Assembly: GCA_002633005.1 (NCBI GenBank)
Contig: NMRA01000487.1
Span: 186,001-250,000 of the forward strand
Direction: 5' to 3'
DNA length: 64,000 nt
Source: Phoronis australis
Lineage: Eukaryota > Animalia > Phoronida
Within the stretch, counting starts at the first letter, position 1. Every line of letters begins with the position of its first letter. The notes beneath the pieces are model-generated. The model made no database searches, was not told the origin of the DNA, and saw only the letters and a list, made by a program, of their open reading frames with translations. This document shows positions 29,401 through 41,700 of the stretch, piece after piece. The translations under genes and the position numbers were made by a program.

Positions 29401-32400
29401 ATAGTTCATAGTTCAGTATAGGCCATGGAACCACTTCTCATCTAAGTTAGGAAGAAATCCAAAGAGGTAATTTATAGTCAAATTCCCAAGTCTATGATTT
29501 TGACATTGAAAATTACTCATACAGCCAAAAAATATTACTTGGTTCTGGTCTGCACTAAAAACAAAAAAAATCCCCTAACATCCATTTCAGACAAGGTCTA
29601 GTGTTTCTTTTGGAAAACTACACAAAAGCATGTAAGCAAGAGTTTGAAACATCATGATTTGCCAAGCGATGCATAAAAATCCCACTAACAGTTTTGCATG
29701 TTTCAAGTGACCCAACTAAAAATACTGCTCCACCAAATCAATTTTCAATATACAACAAAGACCAAAACTAACTAGTAAGCTATTTTGACCTAACACCGAT
29801 TTTGTGTCTTTAACCAGGAAGTGTGCATATGTGGCGATAAAAATGTGATGTATTCTGACCTTTGTCCTTAGGTTGAAGGTTAGCCAGAGCTACAAGTTCA
29901 TGACCTTCAGCCACACACTGCATCATGTTGAAGCAGCTATCCTTGCCACCACTGAAACAGTAATTTCCTCCATTAAATATTTCAGTTACACTTGGAACAT
30001 GTGCCAAGAAAACATGCAAACCACATTATCCTTCAAAAATATTAAACACCCATTACCCAGTAAGCTGATACTTCTTAGGACTGGCTCACGATCTCACAAC
30101 ACTAGCTAAAAATAATCCTCTACATGCAAGTCTAGTGTTTTTAAACAAATAAGATGAAGCTAGATACCACAAATAAACAATAAATTAGTAGATTTAAAAA
30201 TCTATTCAAGTTACACAGAGTTACAATGCCACTGATACAATAAAAAGAAATGAGTTATCTCCCCATTTGCCTTACTTTTAAGTAGGTCAACAGCTGATCG
30301 CACCTCTCAGCTGGGAACGGTAAAAAGAATCAACGTTTCAGCAATAATTAGTTGATTACACAATGTAAGTTCTGTTGACATTGCAAGCCAATGTTAAAAT
30401 AACTAACATGGTCAAAACAGGTACAGGTTATATTGGCAGAAAACACGTTTTCAGAGAATAATTAACAGATGACCTTAAGATTTTCACTCATCCCTATTCA
30501 ATTGGCTTTTTCCCAAGTATGGCAAATACACTTAATTTGAACTTAGGAACATGAATTCTCGAAACAGCTTAATAGATTTCACTGAAACTTTTCAAACTTA
30601 ATAATTATTTATTCACCAATCTCAAAAACACTGATTGGGTTTGTGATTTAAAGGCTAGTTTTTGCGTAATGTAACAAAGACAAAAACGATGGCTAATTTT
30701 TACAAAAACAACTTATGTTTTGCAAGTTGATTTGTCATAAAAAACAAACAAGACTAATCGAAAATTCCTAACAGCCTTTTTGCGGTAACTGGTGAAGTTT
30801 TCATTTAAAAGAAGGTTTCATTAAAATCAACCGAAAGGTTATTTTGCGATGAATATGCCTTTTAAGAAAGTTTGACTACATATTATAATAATACATCAAT
30901 ATGACACATACTGTTACACTTCCTGGTCTCTTTTCTTTCAGAAAATATTTACTTTTACTAGTTAACAAAGCAAGTTAGAATGGAGGCCACTAAATAAGGT
31001 TGGAGATAACCTTAAAAAATGGCTTCAAGGCTTGAAAAGAAATAGGTGTTCATTGTTGCCTGATACCACAAGCTACGGATAAGAGAGAGTAGTAGAGATG
31101 GTGGCACTGTCTATTATAACCAGCCAGTTAGCAGTGTGAAAACAATCTTCCAAATACGGCTGGGTAACACTGTGTTTTCAGAGCCGACAGACCTCGAAAT
31201 TGCACACAACCCAGGTAGTTCTGCTCGTCACCTCGCCGTGAAACTTGTATCAAGATGTAGAGCTAAAGACTGGTACAGGAGCATGCAAAATCTGGGGGGT
31301 CAAATGCTCGTCACCACCGATTAAGTGAAAAACAACCTAATAAACATCATTTTATTGCATAATTCTCCGCCTTTTGTAACAATGTAAAGTATGTGGTCGT
31401 TTCACAAACAGTATGCTCATGAAATGTGCCATTTCCTAATTTTTTACAACATCTCTCGGGAGATGATGACAGTTTCTCAGCAGCGAAATTTGTTCTGAAA
31501 ATCAGTTTGCTGGTAAAAACTTACAATGCAGTCAAACCAGTTCCAAACATTTGTTGTGATGTGTACGTAACCTCGTAAAAGAACAACAGTTGATTGAAGA
31601 ACGGGAAAAAAGAAATTGGTCAAAAAGTGACACAAAAGATTGCTTCACAATTTTAGCAGCAAATTAACAGTAGAATGCCAACTTTTCCAAAACCGGTAAA
31701 AAGTATAGTTTACTCAAGGAAGAGTGTAGTTTTTAATGACACCAATTCTGTACGTTTGGTATATATGTAGCTTTGCGCCAAGACTATGTCTACTATCGCT
31801 AGTTTCATTTTTCGCCGATTCTTCAATCAACTTTTACTCTACTTGATTTAAATTTTATGAGGCGACGACCAGAATTACCCCGCTGGTGCGATGTGAAATT
31901 TCAAGGACTCTATTGGAGCTTGGGCTTGTTAAAGTATAGACCGTGACCACTGTCTCTTGTTAAACTACAGACGATGGAGCTCCTCTAGGTACTTCATATG
32001 CCGGAAGCTTTTTGGCGAATTATGCTCATACTGACTAAAAAATCAAAGTCACGTTGCAGGGCGGATCCAGGATTTTGAGTTAGGGGGGCCACGGCAGAAT
32101 ATTAGCCATGATTTTGCCCGTCAGACATTCGCACGGTGTAAAAATGACGAGTTATTGATTTTGGGAACTGAACGGGGACTGCACGAAGGAAAAGTTTGAT
32201 AACGCCAGATAACGGTAGTATTTTTTGGAGTTGGAAGGAATTAAAAGCATCTACGCCCTCCTAAGGTGTCCCTCTACGTGCAAAAGGTATTTATAACAAC
32301 GTGAATTTGATGTTTTAGTCTGTATGAAGCATAATTCGCCGAAAAGCTTCCGGCGTATGAAGCACCAACAGTGGAGCTCCACCGTCTGTATTAACTGGCG

Positions 32401-32593
32401 TCGGAGGAGACGGTGTCACTGTCTTAGTCGGGCCAACTAGAGGCGATGGTCATGTCAACACTTAGCTAGCTATGATCCCGGCCACTGTTCACCTGTGACC
32501 GAGACTGGCAACAAAATCGCATTAGTTCATAAATTAATAGTTGAACAAATAGTCATATGAGACGAATCACCTGATCAGAGCAACAAATTTCAT
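11430..32593 (-). CDS. DPH6: Diphthine--ammonia ligase, long form (691 aa) with C-terminal RidA/YjgF/UK114 domains. Exons: 32571-32593, 29860-29951, 28357-28541, 27374-27447, 26400-26518, 25977-26041, 23336-23427, 22687-22780, 21800-22097, 20109-20238, 18908-19064, 17667-17906, 16227-16359, 13995-14096, 12087-12251, 11430-11536
   Basis: MKFVALIS|GGKDSCFNMMQC, DELDSYMYQTVGH, DEVEDL, GAILSNYQRVRVESV, AYLWRRDQEEL, IKVAAMG, NVCGEGGEYETVTLDCPLF. RidA-like: VHIYVRSMQEFADINAVYATYF..PPARVCV, MHVQGLSHWAPANIGPYSQA, IFIAGQI, VVPALPRGALIEW. All introns are GT-AG, phases match, and the total of 2076 nt is divisible by 3. The last three exons are less conserved and less certain. Confidence 0.93.
16594..18500. 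repeat. Tandem near-identical duplication (16594-17548 vs 17551-18500) around an N at 17549; duplicates DPH6 exon 12 (16715-16954 and 17667-17906)
   Basis: Both copies read through almost identically, the exon differences are synonymous, and the junction is a single N. Confidence 0.9.
23411..27155. repeat. Tandem near-identical duplication (23411-25168 vs 25447-27155) around an N at 25446; duplicates DPH6 exon 5 (24410-24528), exon 6 (23925-23989) and part of exon 7
   Basis: Colinear copies with scattered SNPs and indels, synonymous exon differences, and a second copy that begins mid-exon 7 at the N. Confidence 0.9.
25171..25445. mobile_element. End of a TIR element (same family as 60730-60862), inserted at TA and truncated by the N gap
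   Basis: TA|CCATATTCGCCGTAATAACCGCCCATGCCCCTATAAGCGCCCCCC is near the reverse complement of 60817-60862, and it is absent from the sister copy at ~27150. Confidence 0.8.
27460..27548 (+). repeat. 17-bp tandem repeat (GTAATATTGAACAAAGT) x~5 just upstream of the DPH6 exon 4 acceptor
   Basis: Directly visible. Confidence 0.9.
29035..29190 (-). mobile_element. Possible THAP-like remnant in DPH6 intron 2
   Basis: MPTELYWCAVGCNSD...FPK resembles the THAP N-terminus (M-P-x-x-C-x-V-x-G-C). Confidence 0.35.
29375..29415 (+). repeat. (AGTTCAT)n microsatellite
   Basis: About six 7-bp units. Confidence 0.9.
31935..32425. mobile_element. Foldback MITE with ~120-bp inverted arms (31935-32056 / 32297-32425) enclosing a CAGGGCGGATCCAGGATTTT-family fragment
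   Basis: GGAGCTCC..CTTCATATGCCGGAAGCTTTTTGGCGAATTATGC is mirrored by GCATAATTCGCCGAAAAGCTTCCGGCGTATGAAG..GGAGCTCC. A relative of the inner repeat occurs at ~3127-3401. Confidence 0.75.
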
Positions 32594-32710
32594 GCTGGCA
32601 GATGAACAACTCGAATCAAAACACCCAATATCGTGGACAACATGCCGGACTAGAATGACCTATTTTGTTGAGAATGGGGCGACATCTATTATGAAAATAT
32701 GTAAACGGAA
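32594..32710. promoter_or_regulatory. Compact bidirectional promoter/leader region between the DPH6 and NOP53 start codons
   Basis: DPH6 ATG at 32593 (-) and NOP53 ATG at 32711 (+) are divergent and 117 bp apart. Confidence 0.8.
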
Positions 32711-35700
32711 ATGGACACCACGCGTAAGAAACGTGTGAGCAAAAACAAGAAGAAATCATGGAGAAAAAACACAAATATCAACGATGTAGAAGAACATCTT
32801 GATGACGTACGACTTCAAGAACGGACAGGGTAAGTGTTACTGTAATAAAACTGGTTAGAACTTGCCATTGTTTATGCACTGTCGTAATAGCATAATTGGT
32901 AAATTGGGTGTTCGAATCTCACCACGGGCATGGCACTTACTCGGCTTCAAGCCTTCATTGACACACAAGCGTCCTCAGCTTCTGATCGTCCCCAATACAC
33001 TATATAATACTACAAGGTATCACACTCCGGACTAGAAATACCATGTGTGCTTCACCTTCAGCCTTCCATAACAAACATAAAATTCAATAAATTTACACAA
33101 AACAGGTTCAACAAACCATGGCATCATGTTTGTTATGCCTGTTATGAAGGCTGAAGCCTGAACGTAAAGCACCCGTGGAATTTCTAGTCCGGAGTGTCAT
33201 ACCGTGTAGTGTTATATAGTGTGTTGGGAACGATCAGAAGCTGAGGACGCCTGGGCATTGACATTGTCATTGTGGTAGGGTGAGTGTCAAAAGTTGACTG
33301 CGTTTGTTTAAAAGGTACTCTGGAGTTCCGAATAGTAGTAGAGACAGCAATAATAGTATAGACTGGAAAATTTCGTGATTTTTAATAATAGTAGAGACTC
33401 TAATAATAGTATAGACCCAACATTTTTGCCACTAGAAAAGTAGAATAATAGTATAGACCGGAAATTTGTCGGAAAAAATTAATAATAGTATAGAATGGAA
33501 TAATGGTATAGACGGCAAATTTGTAGAAATTTAAACATAGTATAGACTATAACAATAATATTGATTACAAATTTAGGTAAAACCTAATAATGATATAGAA
33601 GGGAATAATAATGCAAAACAGCAAATTCTAGGGAATAATGGTATAGAAATTTGTGGAAAATTAAAAATAGTTTTGACTGGAATAACATTGATTACAAATT
33701 TGCGTAAAATCAAGTAACGGCAGATGGAAATAATAGGAAGTGCAAAATCTAATGTTATAGATAGGAATAATTGTGCAAAGAAGCAAATTCTGTCTGACTT
33801 ACCACCGGTTTAAGTAATTGTTTCAAAGAAAAAAATTTAAACTGAACATTAGCATAGTTTAATTGCTGCAGTGGTGTATCCACCCATGCCATAACATAGT
33901 ACAGTGAAGTGGAATAATGGCGTCATTGCTAAAACAAAGACCATTCGTTTATTCAATAACTTTAAATGGAAGTCTAAATAGACGTGTTTCAAACAGTAAG
34001 CGGTATCATTTTACTCAAAACGAATGTGACATTCATACTAGAGATGACAAAGTCCAAAAACTAACTAGGAGGTAAAGATTTCAGACGGAACGTCCAGTCT
34101 TCCACGAAGCCGACATTCTGAATAAAGACAATGAAGAAAGTGTCTTGGTAAAACGAGTCCCATTTTTATCATAAATGTTCCTGATATTCGAGCCTTTGTT
34201 TTTTCTCAATCTCATGTCTTGCACAGTCAATACCCTCGTAATGTTAGTCAGAATTCGACGTCAAAAAGTCTGTAGGCTACATCCAAAATTTTACACAGCC
34301 AGAAATTGAGATTTCTCGCAGAATTGCCCAACAATCGAGTCCACGACCACGACTACGTCAACCATCTTGAATATCTAATTAGGTATACCATCTTGAATGT
34401 CTAATTAGGTATAATAAACAAACCGATTCATGTGCGTTTTTCCATTTATTTGGACGGGAGAGCAAGTAGAAATCAATTTCAATATATATCGACTGGATTG
34501 TCGAACGTTAGAAACTATGTCATTTTCAAGATTGTCACAAGTCCATTCTTCCTGTTCACAAAAACAATCTATTCTCAAGTTTGAAGCGAATTGTAAAAAT
34601 GCCGATGTCCGATGACGTCGGCAACTTGTTGGTACTTTGTTGATTGAAAGGTTCGACACCGTTCATTAATTGCACGGGTATTTGCGCTTCGTTGACTGGC
34701 CGCGTTATAACCACGTTACGTATCTGTAGCTGGATTATTTGTCGTCTACTAGCATCTGAATCAATGTCAGTTTCTGGAACATCTCTCGTTTTGTAAAATA
34801 ATCCTCGAATTCTTTAGGCCTTTGCGCGGCAGACGACATGATTAAGTATGTAGAATGCGCGTGTCAATAATGACGGAAACCGCAGATGACACTGGCTGTG
34901 CAAAATCCCGGAATTACTCCCCCCGGAAACGCAAACTTTGGGAATAGACACAGTGAAGAGGTGTAACGGCTTGCCAGTTTTTCACAGGGTGCAATCACAA
35001 ATATTGGATCAGCCAAAGAAACTCGTCGAAAGCGTTTTTATCGATACGTATGTTGAGCTGCCGGTAACACCGATCTGTGTCACGGAGCGCGCGGAATATT
35101 GAAAAATGCACTTTTTGTGTATTCAATTTCTCATTTCTGTAATTTCTGATCGTCTATTTCTTTGAGCGACTGCCGACCAGCCGTTAATATTGAGAAAGTG
35201 GTCATCATTTCAAGCTATTTTAAATTTTGCCGACACAGATCCCGTCGAACCCGTCCAAAATAACATTCTGGCCGTCCAACAGACGGTCGCTGCGTAAACC
35301 CTTGCTTGGGAGTCCGATTATTTTACGCTTTGAAACATACAGTTGTATATTTTAAGGAATAAATTTTTTAATATGTATGACATGTGACTTCCGTGTAGAA
35401 CGCGGAGTCGTATATATAGCTCTTCTAAATTACAAGCTCTGAACAGAGTGTCTCGTGGTCAAGAGGTTTAGAGCGAAGTAACTTCGTTTTATAATCAAGG
35501 TACGATACCCTGTGTCAGCAGCGAAGTTTATGTGCACCAAACTTGTATTGAATGAAACAAAAATTTGAACTTGCTGAATTAAATAATCGTGGAGAGTGGA
35601 AAAAGGTTAGAAAATTAATAAACGTAGAGACCCGAATAAGCGCCGTATAGACCGGAAAACGAGTCTGAAAAAAATAATCGTATAGATACGACTATTTGGA

Positions 35701-38700
35701 ACTCGAGAGTAGTATTGTAATTCACTGCAGGTTCTCATGCAGCTTACCTTTACTCACTGGTGTCGACACACTTTCAAGAACACAATGAAGAAACATCTTG
35801 CCTGTAGCAGGACTGTTGTAATACTGACAGGTTCCTAGTTAGGGACTCAAGAATACTTACTATTTAAAAGGCTGAGTCAAGTCCCGATTGGCGCACAAAC
35901 AAGTTGCAGTCTTCGCAGACGACATTTGTTTGCAATGAACGCTAAGACTCACGGTGCCAACTCCTTATTGCACATACGGGGAATGCACAAAAACAAACCA
36001 ATCACAAAGGCACCACAGAAAAAACTAAGGTCCAGTGATGTTGCCGATTACAACATTCCCCTCCTCCCTAAAAAGCGTGGGACCCACCCGGGAAACAATA
36101 TCATTGCCGATTTATAAAAAAAAACAAAAAGTTTAACCACCCCCCTTCCCAAAAAGAAGAAACTTCATAGTGTTGTAATACTGACAGGTTCCTATTTAGG
36201 GACTCAAGAATACTTGCTATTTAAAAGGCTGAGTCAAGTCCGATTGGCGCACAAACAAGTTGCAATCTTCGCAGACGACATATGTTCGCAATGAACCTGA
36301 AGACTGACGGCACCAAATCCTTATATATTGCACATAGGGGGAACACACAAAAACAAACCAATCACTAGATGCCACAGAAAAAACAAAGGGCTAATGATGT
36401 TGCCAATTACAACAGGACGAAACGTGAGACAGACGAACACTCCCATCATGCCCCAGTCTACTACACTAATGCGACATCCTGTCACTAACAAAAACTAACA
36501 GATAATCATGACAAGACAACACGAAAGGCGAGACAACAAAAAACTGCATTCACAACATTCCTCCTCTCCTTAAATAGAATTAGAAGTAATCAAAGACAAG
36601 AATGATAAAAACATTAATGAAAAAGTAATTTTACCTAATCTTCACTCCCCCCTTAATTAAAGAAAAACTAACCAATGCCTAGCATAACTTCTTCTTTTTC
36701 CTTTTTGTATTATCGTCTGCCGAGACAGGTTCGCGCTATTTCAGTGTCGGAGTTATTTTACATGGTACTCACATCATCTACATAAATGACGGCGGTGAAC
36801 TTCAGAAGGCCCAGACGATCTTGTCAGGTGGTCTTTACATGTGACCGGTCACGTGGTGTCAGTGTGACCTCTGCTGGACTTTTCTGGCGTTAGGGATCGC
36901 ACCAGGCCGCCAAGTCCAACGGACAACACAACATAGTGACGTCACAGCCGAGACTGACATCGACATTTACTACATTATTCTGTAACAGGAATCAGTGGAG
37001 CGACCAGCACCGATCTACTTAGTATCTAAAAGTGACTGTTAGTAGCCGATAGTATTGTGTACTTTTTTACTCATTCGAATCGCATGCGAGAGAACCATGG
37101 AGACAACTTATAGAGAGTAAAACAGAGAAGTAGGTAAATATACAGAGTTTATTATGCACTAAATATCTACAAACTTACAACTCATCTCTAACTTCTGTCG
37201 ACATCTTAGCTTTGACTTGTAACTCAAAGAATTTATAAGCAAGAAAAATACGCCGCAAAACATTAAAGTCCAAAGCAAAAAGGCCCAAACAGTTAGTTTG
37301 TTTTTTGAAAATGAACTCAGATTCCCAGCGGTTATAAAAGACCCGATGTCCCGGGACCGATATAACCCAGATATGACGTTTTCCTGTTCCGGTGTTTCCC
37401 GAGGTCGATGTTCTGTAAACCATGTATTGTATGCCCGTAGCCAGCTATTGCAACTAAACTGGCACTAGATGCGAAATTGTGGTTCCAGTTAGCAAAATTT
37501 TCATTCTTCTCTTTATACACAAAGGTATACATATAGTGTTGACTGCCTCTAACATACTTTAATGGGCTTGATGTTGGTTAATCAGGTCCTGCTTTAGTGT
37601 TGAGGGCTGAAATACCAAGCCAGGCTAAAAGTTCAAACCTGACGCAGCACTTTTCAAACTCGACGCGCATTTTCCAAACTCGACGCGGCAAAATGCAAAC
37701 TCGTTACAGCGTCGAGTTAAAACGGGTCGTGGACAACACTGAACTTTTCTTACCATTGCAGCGTTTTAATATCTTATTACCGCAAACACTGAGGTTAACG
37801 ACTATGCTCACACACAAGCCCATTCCCTAACTTTAAAGTGTTTCTTAATAAGCGCTCACTGATCTATTAAAAGTCCCCCCCTTAAATTTTGAGAATTTCT
37901 AATTAAGCGCCCACAATTCAAGCTAGCGCCCATCATAGCGCACTACAAACGACCGCGTGTGGTTTAAAATTGACACGCAGCTTATATGGCGCGTCACTTT
38001 CATTTTACACAACTTCAGTTTTCAAAAACGTCTTCACAATATGTAAAAACGAAACCCCGGCTTTGTTTTATACCTCGGAAAGAAAGTTAACACTGGTGAC
38101 ATGCGTGTCGTTTTGTGACTGACCTATTTTTCCCGTATTTGGAAGGTATTGAGGAGCAAACTCGCCATTACCCGACTAGTTTGAATTGTTAACGACTTAG
38201 ATGACAGCCAGTAGCAGGCCAGATCTAACAAAATCCCGGATACTTTTTCAACGGGCATTTTCTCCCTTTTCACATCGCAAATTTAGCTACTTGAATGCAC
38301 AAGTCAGTTAGAGAGCACTGATTCAACTTTCACATCGGCAACTTGCCTTGCGCTTTAGAGTCTTTCAATGGTGGTTGTGAAGAACAGTAAGGCTGTACCT
38401 GCATGAATGAAGTCAATTTTGAGATCCGAAATTTGTGAGTATTTAATGCTGCAGGTAAGAGCATAATCTAAACATTTTCTCGATCTATAAAATCTATTTT
38501 GGCGCCTAAAAATGGCGGGAAAATTTTGCGACCTGGCATTTACGAATGCAAGCTGGATTTTGAAAATGCGACCTGGGATTTTGGCTAGGTCGCAAAATGC
38601 GACCTGGCGATTTTAATAGCGTCGAGCCCTGCATGTTAAACATAAAAACCAGTCAAAATGCAAATTGAAAATTTCGTCATCGGCAGTACCAAATAAGGGA

Positions 38701-41700
38701 ACTGACCAACATGCACCCCTTTAAAATATAATTGGACGCTCTTACTTCTGGAATTAAACATAGTCTTGTCTGACGACTCAACTTAACTCACGACTCCATC
38801 AATAGACAGCGCTCCCGTCACACCTCCCCTTAAGAAAAGGAATGGAGCCCTTATAGTAAATGGCAAACGTCAATCACAACGTGTAAACATAAACCCCTTT
38901 TACTAACATGTTTACATATAACATAAACCAAAAACCCTTTAATAAATAAGATGTAGTGTGACATCAAGAATAAAAATACTTTTCTAATTAAATTTGACTA
39001 CAACTATTCCCCCTCCAAAAAAGAACAAATAACTAAAGAGACTCACAATCATAGCATATATCCACACGAGTAGTCCAACGTGTCTAAAAACAAAAATATG
39101 CCCCACTGGTACAAGTATCAGGGAGCAATGAAATACTGGACTAAGCTGTGATAACACTCTAATTGTTGGTGATGACCTGGGGAGAGTATATATACATTTT
39201 TTCAGGTATCATTTATAAACAAGTACAAAAATACAAACAAACAAATAAGTACATCCATTCTTTCGTGCATGCACACCTCAGGAGAGACCATTCTCGTATC
39301 TCGTATAAAGTAAACAACTTCTACATGGAGTTAACGTAAACAATAAAATTTTCCCATTTCGCAGAGAAGCTGTCATATACAAAGTTTATATATGTAAATA
39401 ATTTTTCAATGTTATAGTAATCATAGGTAAATGTAACAAACTTGTGAAAATTAGGTGTATTATTGTGACATCTCTCCTTGTAAATTTACTATTTGGCTAG
39501 TAGAAGCAAAATCTTAAGTAGAAAAATGCGCGTCTCATAAAGTCCAAGAATAACACATTTGTAAGAGATACAGTTGAGAAGCTGAATGAGACACTTTTGA
39601 AGGAGCTTTCCGAATTCCTTACATTTGTTTATAAAGACTATGAAAAAACTGAACTATTAAAACATACTGGCCATAAAATGAGTATTGATAATACTTCAGT
39701 GGTGATACAATAAGTGGGTACCAGCTTCGAAACCCATAAGTTATAATAATGATGTAGTCTTTGGTAACATCCGTATACTATATGAAAGCACCATAACTTA
39801 TATATAATTTTAGCAAATAAGCACCACTATAGAAAAATAATTGGCCAGTTTACTACTTAACTACTTATCTAACTTCAGGGACATTACATTTCTCCTAGTA
39901 CCAAGGGCAAGGCATAAACCCAGAGACCGTAATCAGCCTCTGAATTTACAATAAGTGGCAATTACCCAAGGGACTAGGAGAAAACCTTGGGCATAAATTA
40001 TGATCCCGGTACACCTGGATGCTACACTGCATCTAACAACTTGTTAGAGTTGGTAAAGCTGCGTGGTCTTCCTGGTGGAAGCAGCCAGCACCCCATGGAG
40101 TGAACGACAAGAACGCTACGCCACCTCCATGGCCACCTCCCCCAGGTATTGGGGCGCCATTTGGGCTTGCCGAATGGTGAGGTGTGGGGAATCAGACTCA
40201 AGTACCAGTCAATTCAGCGGTACCCCATAAGCCCTTATTCTGGAACTTCAGAAACCGTTTTGCCTGACCGGCAAAGCCAAAGTAACAGTTTCTGAAGTAT
40301 CCAGACCACTATCGCACATCCTCGAGTACACCTCCAAAACAATAGAGATGCAAATGCAAGTCTGAGCCACAGTGACGCTTCAGGAGGTCAAACACAAAGT
40401 CCTGGCCTTCCTGGAAACGGGGGTTATCGGGGGAACCGTGTAGGTGGATAACCACGACTTTATGTTTTAGGGTGGAGGAACTGGCAGGCACCTTCGCAAA
40501 GATACGTACCAGCTTCTTCAAAGCCTCCTTTTGGGTGGGCAAGTCCTCCCGGTCCTTCAGATTGACCTCACCTAAACCAGCTACAAAGGGCTCCTTCAAT
40601 AGCTGAGGGAGTTGGTCTAGAACACCTAGATGTATTGGCCCAAACCTTTTGGGGTGGATACCCACTACAGCTTTCCAGCCATGTAGAAAATGAGCAGCCT
40701 CAGTGTACTTCCAGTTTTCCACATCGTAGAAAACTGCAACCCCGCCGACCAACTGTACCTGTTTCATAGAAGCCCGTGGCAGGTGGGCGGCAAGCATTTG
40801 CTTGGTCGTCTGCATCCTAGTCCCATAGAGTTGTCGCTGAGCCAAACATGCTGACAAGCGATCCAAATGGAAATGGTTATCGATAGCCAAATCTGGGATT
40901 GGCCCTGGTTTATCTTAGGATGTGGTCGGCGAAGCCTCAGATGATCGTCGACACTTAAAGGGCTGGCCAGGTGGGTTGCGAGCTTTTGCCGCATGCCACA
41001 TCTGAAGGTACGGCGAACCAGCATCCCTCAGCCCTTGTTGTGCCAATTGTTGTATTATCGTCTGCCGAGATAGGTTCGCACTATTTCAGTGTCAGAGTTA
41101 TCCCAGAGGGTACTCATATCACGTCCGTATACGACGACAAAAGGTCCAGACAATCTTTTCACGTGGTCTTCACATGTGACCGGTCATATAGCGTCATTGT
41201 GACCTCTGCTGGGCTCTTTTGGCGTTAGGGGTCGCACTAGGCCAAGACCAATGTTGCATCAACAAAAGGACATCACAACATAAATGCTACAGCCGAGACT
41301 GACGCCTGCATTTACTACGTTCCATAATTCAACAAAGGATCGAAATGCCGATCCTTACATGTTGGCACATGGTTGGTAATAACTGAACTGTGCATAACTG
41401 TGAAAATAACAATAAAACAAGTGCGGGTTAGTGCCAGGATAAAACAAGTTTGATTATTTACTGAGCAAGGTTGGTGTTCTAGATGCGACCTGTGTATGTC
41501 TCTTTTGTTTCTGATGAGATTCCATGTTGTGGCAGACTATTCCAAAGTATAATGGTGGATGGGAAGAAAGAGTTTGCATAGTGTGTAGTGCACATGTATG
41601 GTCTCTTGAAGGTGTGAGAGTAGGAATTACATGATCTAGAGATATGTAGGGGTGGGAGGTATGTGTCTTATGGATGGCAACCAGGTTGTGTACGGTCTTG

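Noticed and set aside
32881-32930. tRNA gene
   Set aside because: A and B boxes are only ~10 nt apart with no anticodon arm or cloverleaf; it is a SINE-like relic. The same applies to ~49790-49860 (-).
36703-41334. A single intact element C bounded by both C LTRs
   Set aside because: No matching TSD and no PPT beside 36987, so the pairing is unproven and the LTRs are reported separately.
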